In this document: one piece after another, positions 44,937-50,422 of the stretch
Layout: every line of letters starts with the position of its first letter
Numbering within the stretch: position 1 is the first letter of the stretch
Origin: a virus
Taxonomy: Duplodnaviria; Caudoviricetes
Length of the DNA stretch: 50,422 bases
Direction: 5' to 3' (one strand)
IMG/VR virus record: IMGVR_UViG_3300005254_000006
Span: 1-50,422 of that record
Position numbers and translations under genes: made by a program
The notes under the pieces: model-generated
The model's input: the letters and a program-made list of their open reading frames with translations, nothing else
Told to the model about the DNA's origin: nothing
Database searches by the model: none

Positions 44937-46193
44937 ATGGCCACCACCACCGACACAGCTACCATGACCGTCGACGCGGCCGCGATGCTGGCCGCAGTCG
45001 AGAAAGCGCGGCTGAACGCGAGCAAGCGTGGAACCCTGCCCGTGCTCGCCGGCGTGAAGATCACGCGTGACGCGGTCGCGTGCACCGACCTTGAGACGAC
45101 CGTCTCTGTCGCGATCCAGACCGGCGGAGACGAGGTCTGCGGCGTCGTGCCGGCGACCCTGCTGCGCGACTGCCTCAAGAAGCTGTCCGGCGAGGTGCTG
45201 CTCGCACAGCGGCCGGGCGAGGTCTGCTCGCGCTGTGACGGCACAGGCGAGCACATGGAATGGGTCATCGACACCGACGGGAACTCGGTGCAGAAGATGA
45301 CCGACTGCAGCCGCTGCCATGGATCCGGCACCGACGAGACCGAGCGACGCTACACCCTGACCGACGGCCGGCGGACATACACCCTCAACGGCTGGCCGGC
45401 TTCCGACTTCCCGCAGACCATCGGCGACGACTTCTCAGGCGACGCGGAGACGTTCCCGCTCGAGACCTGGCGCGCGATGTGGCGCAAGGTCGGCCCGAGC
45501 GTGAGCAAGGACGATAACCGGCCGATCCTCACCGCTGTGCACGTCACGACCGACCGGGAACGCGGCCGCGTCCGCCTCGAGGCGACCGACAGCTATCGGC
45601 TCACGCGAGTCGAGCGCGCCTGCGTGCCACAGCATGAGAAGCTCGAGGCACTGATCCCGGCGGCCGCGTTCCGGCTGCTCGAGAAGCCGGCGATCCGCAA
45701 GTCTGGCGACGCCGTGACGCTCACGGTTGGCGAGCACGCCGCGACCATGCAGGTCGGCGAGGTGACGGTCGCAGCGCGGCTGATCGACGGGCAGTATCCG
45801 AACGTCGACCAGTTGATCCCGACCGACACCTACGATGCGCAGGGCAAGTCGGCGACGCTCGAGCGTGAGACTCTGCTCGAGGCGATCGAGGCGGTCGGCG
45901 TGCTGGCGCAGAAGAACGCACCGCACCGGATCACGTTCAACGGGAAGGTGATCGTCAGCGCGAAGACGCAGGCCGTCGGCGAGGCATCGGAGACGATCGA
46001 CGACGCTGAGACCTCCGACTTCGCCGGCGAGGAACTGGCGTTCGGCGTCAACGGCGATTACCTCGCCGATCACCTCAAGGTCCTCGACTGCGACCTCGTG
46101 ACGCTCGAGGTGCTGACGCCGCTCCGGCCGATGCGGATCCTCGACGACGACACGACGTACATCGTGATGCCGATCCGGCTGAGCGATTCCTGA
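44937..46193 (+). CDS. dnaN: DNA polymerase III beta sliding clamp homolog with zinc-finger insertion
   Basis: LPVLAGV, TDLE, DFP, RPILT.V, ATDSYRL, RLIDGQYP, FGVN..YL, IVMPIR. Confidence 0.9.
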   Translation: MATTTDTATMTVDAAAMLAAVEKARLNASKRGTLPVLAGVKITRDAVACTDLETTVSVAIQTGGDEVCGVVPATLLRDCLKKLSGEVLLAQRPGEVCSRCDGTGEHMEWVIDTDGNSVQKMTDCSRCHGSGTDETERRYTLTDGRRTYTLNGWPASDFPQTIGDDFSGDAETFPLETWRAMWRKVGPSVSKDDNRPILTAVHVTTDRERGRVRLEATDSYRLTRVERACVPQHEKLEALIPAAAFRLLEKPAIRKSGDAVTLTVGEHAATMQVGEVTVAARLIDGQYPNVDQLIPTDTYDAQGKSATLERETLLEAIEAVGVLAQKNAPHRITFNGKVIVSAKTQAVGEASETIDDAETSDFAGEELAFGVNGDYLADHLKVLDCDLVTLEVLTPLRPMRILDDDTTYIVMPIRLSDS

Positions 46194-46282
46194 GCGATCA
46201 CGACCACGCAAGCGCGACGCGCGCGACCGGTCCGAACCCGGCAGCGCGTCGCGAGAAGATCACGACACGACGGGAGAGTGTC

Positions 46283-46858
46283 ATGAGCGCATACATCGTG
46301 GAGAGGGCACACATCGACTTCCTGATTGACGCGGCCATGATGGCGCAGCCGCGGCAGAGCGGCAGCCCGGTCCGGTGGTATCACCCCGCGATCGACGACG
46401 AGGAGATGTCGACCATCCTCGACGAGCAGGGCTTCGAGGCGTACTGCGTCGCGGCGCAGGAGCGGACGCACGAGCTGCGCTATCACGACTGCACCGAGCA
46501 GGCCGACCGGGTCGGCCGGATGCTTTGGTGGGAGAATCTGCGCAGTGTCGCCTACCGCTACCCGGATGACTGCGACATCGGCGACGAGGACGCGGCCGGC
46601 TGGCCGGGGCCGGCGGGCTTCACGGTCTACGAGTGCGAGACGTACACGCACAGGAGCCGGCTGTTCCACCTGAACCCCGTCCACGTGCTGAGCGCGATCA
46701 AGGGCTACGAGTATCAGTCGTGCGAGCACCCCGACTGGAAGACGAGCGAGGCGCGCGCGTTCTGCGAGGAGCTCAGAGAGACCATGATCCGACTGTTGCC
46801 CGGCTACGATGAGGCGCCCTGGGAGATCACCGAGGCGTATTTCAGCACGGCAGCTTGA
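46283..46858 (+). CDS. Hypothetical protein
   Basis: Coherent ORF with EN..SV.YRY and YEYQSCEH..W motifs. Confidence 0.75.
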   Translation: MSAYIVERAHIDFLIDAAMMAQPRQSGSPVRWYHPAIDDEEMSTILDEQGFEAYCVAAQERTHELRYHDCTEQADRVGRMLWWENLRSVAYRYPDDCDIGDEDAAGWPGPAGFTVYECETYTHRSRLFHLNPVHVLSAIKGYEYQSCEHPDWKTSEARAFCEELRETMIRLLPGYDEAPWEITEAYFSTAA

Positions 46859-46924
46859 GCACGGAGCACGCGCGCAGGTCCGATCCCTGCGCGCTGCTAC
46901 GACCGGAGAAAGGGAGGAGGAGCG

Positions 46925-47095
46925 TTGACGCGATACAGCGTCACGGCGTGGACGGACACGGGCGCAATCTACGGAGGGGGCTGGGTGTTCGCCGAGAGCG
47001 TGGACGCCGCGTTGAGTCTGTACCTGGACGACCAGCAGGAACGGCGGGCGGACGACTGCGATCGAATCGCCAGCATCGAAGCGAAAGGGACGTGA
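46925..47095 (+). CDS. Small hypothetical protein (56 aa, not in the ORF track)
   Basis: GGAGGAGGAG SD, TTG start, TGATG overlap with the next gene. Confidence 0.55.
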   Translation: MTRYSVTAWTDTGAIYGGGWVFAESVDAALSLYLDDQQERRADDCDRIASIEAKGT

Positions 47096-47472
47096 TGGCA
47101 ACACAGCAGATCCACTTCCGAGCCGGCGACCTGGAGCCGCTCCTGATCGAGCGGGCACGGAAGGACGAGACGCTCGCGAGCGTCGCACGGCGGGACCTCG
47201 GTCGGTATCACATGCTCATGATTGACGAGCTGGACCGCATGCCCGAGATGAGCAAGGCGGAGTGGGAGACCATCGTCGACGTCGTGAGCAGCACGACTTG
47301 GGCGGGCGACAGTTACCTGTTTCTGTGGGCGCGAGTCGACGACGAAGGCGAGCACGACCTCGCCGGCCGACTGCGGAAGCTCGCGCCCGGAACGCTGATG
47401 GCGCTCGTCGACGGCGCGGAGGTCGCCGCGATCAAGCGGGAGAAGGAGAAGAGGGCCGATGGGAGTCCTTGA
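47095..47472 (+). CDS. Ribbon-helix-helix-like protein
   Basis: N-terminal QQIHFR strand followed by two helices (S.VARRDL.RY). Confidence 0.55.
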   Translation: MATQQIHFRAGDLEPLLIERARKDETLASVARRDLGRYHMLMIDELDRMPEMSKAEWETIVDVVSSTTWAGDSYLFLWARVDDEGEHDLAGRLRKLAPGTLMALVDGAEVAAIKREKEKRADGSP

Positions 47473-47560
47473 CTGGTTCCTAATCTGGTGCGCGGTCGCA
47501 GCTCTCGTGGTGCTGCTGGCGATTGCCTACGTACGCGGCTGGCTGCCACCACGACGGTAG
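47459..47560 (+). CDS. Small single-TM peptide (33 aa)
   Basis: MGVLDWFLIWCAVAALVVLLAIAYVRGWLPPRR; purine-rich upstream. Confidence 0.4.
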   Translation: MGVLDWFLIWCAVAALVVLLAIAYVRGWLPPRR

Positions 47561-47854
47561 ATGTAGGCGCCGCTGTACTTCACCTGGGCGATCTCGTGGC
47601 CGCGCTTGCGCAGCACTCGCCGGATGCGGTCGCGGACGTAGCGGCGATGTGCCGGCGAGAGTCCGAGAGCATCGACGGGGTCGACGGCACGGCCCGGGTT
47701 GCGCTGGAAGAGGCGGAGGAGCAGGTGGTCGAAGCGCGGATCGTGCTGGGGAACGTAGTCCCGCAGCTCGAGACGACACGGAGAGCACACGGCGCCTGAC
47801 TGGTCAGACGCGAGAGGGCGCCCGCAACGGGCACAGACACGGGAGGTCGATACG

Positions 47855-48982
47855 ATGCCCTCACACATCGAGACGAGAGACACACCCGCCGGCAGGCGGT
47901 ACAAGGCGGTCGTCACCATCGGCAGCGGGCGCGGAGCGCAGCGGATCACCCGGACCGAGAGGACACGAGAGGCGGCCGAACGCGCGATCGATCGCCTGGA
48001 GAAAGTGGCGAGCGGTGGGGCGCCCAAGCATGATCTCACTGTCGGCGAAGTGATGGGTCGTTGGCTTTCCCACCTCGAGCGGACCGGACAGGTCGCGCCG
48101 GCGACGCTGACCAGGTATCGGCAGGTGTGCGCGACGCTGGGCGAGGCCCGGATCTGGAAGCGGCGCCTCGCGACCCTGCGGCCGGACGAGATCGAGAGCG
48201 CGATCTCCGCCGGGCCGGGCGGGATCGAGACCAAGCGTCTCCGCTGGCGCGTGTTGCGCGCCGGCCTGCGCTGGGGCGCGCGCTGCTACAGGACGACGGA
48301 CCCGACGCCGAACGTACGACCGCCACGATCCGAGCGGACGAAGCGGACCACGCTTGACGGCGCGGGCCTGGCAGCGCTCATCGAGTCGACGGCCGGGAAT
48401 CCGATACTCGACCCGTTCGTCCTGTTGGCGGCCGTCACGGGGAAGCGTCGGAACGAGGTGCTCGGGCTCCGGGTCGAGGACCTCGATCTCGACACGCTTC
48501 GGCTGTCGATCACGAAATCGCTCGAGTGGATCGACGGGCGTCCCTGGCGGCTCAAGGACACGAAGACCGGCGCCGATGGGCATGCCATGGTCCCCGACTT
48601 CGCTCTCGAACGGCTCCAGCACCTCGTGCGCGACCGTTTCCACCGGCCCGATGCGTTCCTCTGCAGCCTCGACGGCGGCAGGTCGCCACTCTGCCCGAGG
48701 GACGTCTCTCTGGCGTTCCGCCGGCATGCCGATGCGCTGGGGCTCGACGATCTGCGCGTCCACGACCTGCGGCACAGCTTCGCGACGGTCCTGGCCGAGA
48801 GCGGCGTCCCCCTGAAGACGATCCAGGAGGCACTCAGCCACGCCGACGCACGCACGACCATGCGCTATCAGCACCCGCACGAGAGCGAGCGTGTAGTGGC
48901 GGCGACGATCGGTCAGGCAATCCATGGTCCGAGCCATGGGCCAAACGTAGAGGGTGCGAGTGTCAGCGAGGCGACGCCGTGA
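47855..48982 (+). CDS. Tyrosine integrase 1
   Basis: TGKRRNE (R), TKTG (K), HDLRH, LSH...TTMRY; N-terminal arm-binding-like domain; GGGAGG SD. Confidence 0.9.
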   Translation: MPSHIETRDTPAGRRYKAVVTIGSGRGAQRITRTERTREAAERAIDRLEKVASGGAPKHDLTVGEVMGRWLSHLERTGQVAPATLTRYRQVCATLGEARIWKRRLATLRPDEIESAISAGPGGIETKRLRWRVLRAGLRWGARCYRTTDPTPNVRPPRSERTKRTTLDGAGLAALIESTAGNPILDPFVLLAAVTGKRRNEVLGLRVEDLDLDTLRLSITKSLEWIDGRPWRLKDTKTGADGHAMVPDFALERLQHLVRDRFHRPDAFLCSLDGGRSPLCPRDVSLAFRRHADALGLDDLRVHDLRHSFATVLAESGVPLKTIQEALSHADARTTMRYQHPHESERVVAATIGQAIHGPSHGPNVEGASVSEATP

Positions 48983-50289
48983 GCCGCCTCATCCAGCTCG
49001 ACGACGACGGTCAGAAGTGGCTCATCATCGTCGAGGTCGGCCGCGATGCGCTCGGTGGCCGGCACCGCAAGCAGGAGACCTTCGAGGGCGGCAGGCGAGC
49101 CGCGGAGCGCCGCGAGCGGCAGCTCCAGGCCCACTACGACGGCCTGGGCCGTCGCACGCCGGGCAAGCTGACCGTCCGCGGCCTGTACGAGGCCTGGCGC
49201 GAGCTGCGATTCCCGCAGCTGAAGCCGAAGACGGCCGAGCGCTACGAGGAGCTGATGCGCCTGCACTTCCTGCCGACCCTGGGGGAGGTCAAGGCGGAGA
49301 AGCTCGAGCCGGTGGTGCTGGCGCGGCTGTGGAACCAGCTCGCCACGAGCGGCAAGCGTCCGCCGCAGAACCGAGGCCAGAGAAAGGGCGAGGCTCCAAC
49401 ACCCCCCGCAGGGGAGGGTCAAGGTCCTCGCCCATCTAGTGAGCCGAATACTACCACCGGCTTGGCGCCGCGCACCGTGTGGCACGTCTACCGTGCGGCT
49501 GCGGCGATGTGGCGGTGGGGCGTGGACGTCGGACTCGTGACCGGGGATCCGTTCGCCGCCAAGTCGGCACGGCCGCCGAAGCCGCGGCGCGCGAACGTGA
49601 CCGCCTACGACCTCGGGCGGGCTCTGGCGGTCGTGGAGGAATGCCGCGGCACCCAGATGCACACGGCGGCGTTCCTCTCCCTACTGACCGGCATGCGGCT
49701 CGAGGAGTGCTGTGGGCTCTCGTGGAGCGATGTCGACCTCGAGCGCGGGGAGGCGCACGTCACACAGGTCGTCAGCGCTCTCAAGGACGGCTCGCTGCTG
49801 TTCGTCGAGCCGAAGACGCAGGAGTCGGCCAGGAGGCTCGACCTGCTACCGATGGTCGTCTCCGAGCTCAAGGCGGTCAAGGCGTGGCAGGACCGGCAGC
49901 GTCTGCACTGCGGCGCCGGCTGGAACGAGCGGGACCTGGTTTGCGTGAAGCCGAACGGGGAGCCCCTCAACCCCCGACACCTGTCGGGCAACTGGAAGGA
50001 CTGGCGCAAGCGACACGGCCACGAACTGACGTTCCACGGTCTGCGTCACACCTGGGCGACGTTCATCGCCGGCGTGCTCGGGATCAAGGCGGCGAAGGAC
50101 GAACTCGGCCACACCGACATCAAGACGACCGACGGCTACGCGCACGTGCTCGACGAGCAGCGCAAGGCGATGCTGGCCCTCAAGGACGCTGCCGTGGCTG
50201 CCGCGATCGCCCAATATGGGCAGGAAATGGGCAGGGAAGGCCGCAAGGTGGTCGGAATCGAGGCGGCGACGGGATGCTCGGAGCGGTAG
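48979..50289 (+). CDS. Tyrosine integrase 2
   Basis: GTG overlapping the int1 stop; TGMRLEE, EPKT, HGLRH, LGH..IKTT..Y; ends 13 nt before the att core. Confidence 0.92.
   Translation: MSRLIQLDDDGQKWLIIVEVGRDALGGRHRKQETFEGGRRAAERRERQLQAHYDGLGRRTPGKLTVRGLYEAWRELRFPQLKPKTAERYEELMRLHFLPTLGEVKAEKLEPVVLARLWNQLATSGKRPPQNRGQRKGEAPTPPAGEGQGPRPSSEPNTTTGLAPRTVWHVYRAAAAMWRWGVDVGLVTGDPFAAKSARPPKPRRANVTAYDLGRALAVVEECRGTQMHTAAFLSLLTGMRLEECCGLSWSDVDLERGEAHVTQVVSALKDGSLLFVEPKTQESARRLDLLPMVVSELKAVKAWQDRQRLHCGAGWNERDLVCVKPNGEPLNPRHLSGNWKDWRKRHGHELTFHGLRHTWATFIAGVLGIKAAKDELGHTDIKTTDGYAHVLDEQRKAMLALKDAAVAAAIAQYGQEMGREGRKVVGIEAATGCSER
50217..50235 (+). promoter_or_regulatory. Putative integrase arm-type binding site pair
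   Basis: TGGGCAGGAAATGGGCAGG; counterpart of 224-242. Confidence 0.65.
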
Positions 50290-50302
50290 AAAGTCCTGCA
50301 AG

Positions 50303-50368
50303 TGGCGGAGAGGGGGGGATTCGAACCCCCGAGAGGCCGGATAGACCCCTAACGGTTTTCGAGACCGC
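50303..50368 (-). repeat. att site (right junction)
   Basis: 66-bp identity with 55-120. Confidence 0.95.
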
Positions 50369-50396
50369 CGCTTTCAGCCAGCTCAGCCACCTCTCC
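50303..50396 (-). tRNA. tRNA-Ser(CGA)
   Basis: GGAGAGG acceptor stem, anticodon loop CTCGAAA, long variable arm, GGTTCGAATCC T-arm, encoded CCA. Confidence 0.95.
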
Positions 50397-50422
50397 GCGA
50401 GCCGCGATCGGGAGTGGGCGGG

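Noticed and set aside
45225-45329. Intein or DnaJ chaperone in the clamp gene
   Set aside because: About 35 aa, no intein terminal motifs and no HPD J-domain
47488-47799. CDS upstream of integrase 1
   Set aside because: The C-terminal half looks protein-like, but no supported start was found; left uncalled
48526-48978. N-terminal 151 aa of the 587-aa ORF as part of integrase 2
   Set aside because: It overlaps integrase 1 out of frame; GTG 48979 overlapping the int1 stop gives a normal integrase N-terminus

Overview
The window is essentially one complete, apparently intact ~50.3-kb GC-rich temperate siphovirus-like prophage (55..50368). It is integrated in the 3' part of a minus-strand tRNA-Ser(CGA) gene and bounded by a perfect 66-bp direct repeat. 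Left to right: (1) a minus-strand replication/recombination operon (RuvC-like resolvase, SSB, helicase loader, lambda-O-like initiator with an internal iteron origin, RecT, PD-(D/E)XK exonuclease, Xis-like HTH); (2) a small-gene module with a secreted lytic transglycosylase and a holin-like protein; (3) an accessory island (lipoprotein, MmeI-like type IIL R-M enzyme, membrane protein, and a three-gene operon of proteasome-beta-like Ntn-hydrolase + small antitoxin-like protein + Doc toxin); (4) a ~24-kb minus-strand lysis/tail/head/packaging operon with a DNA methyltransferase inserted between terL and portal; (5) a plus-strand arm with a beta sliding clamp carrying a DnaJ-type zinc finger, an RHH-like protein and two tandem tyrosine integrases with complete catalytic motifs. 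The best candidate for a new system is the protease-antitoxin-Doc operon. Also notable are a covarying RNA hairpin with a conserved loop before the three predicted high-copy virion genes, the tandem integrases, the zinc-finger clamp, and the absence of a recognisable CI repressor. All functional calls come from motif reading and gene order by eye; no database searches or folding programs were run.
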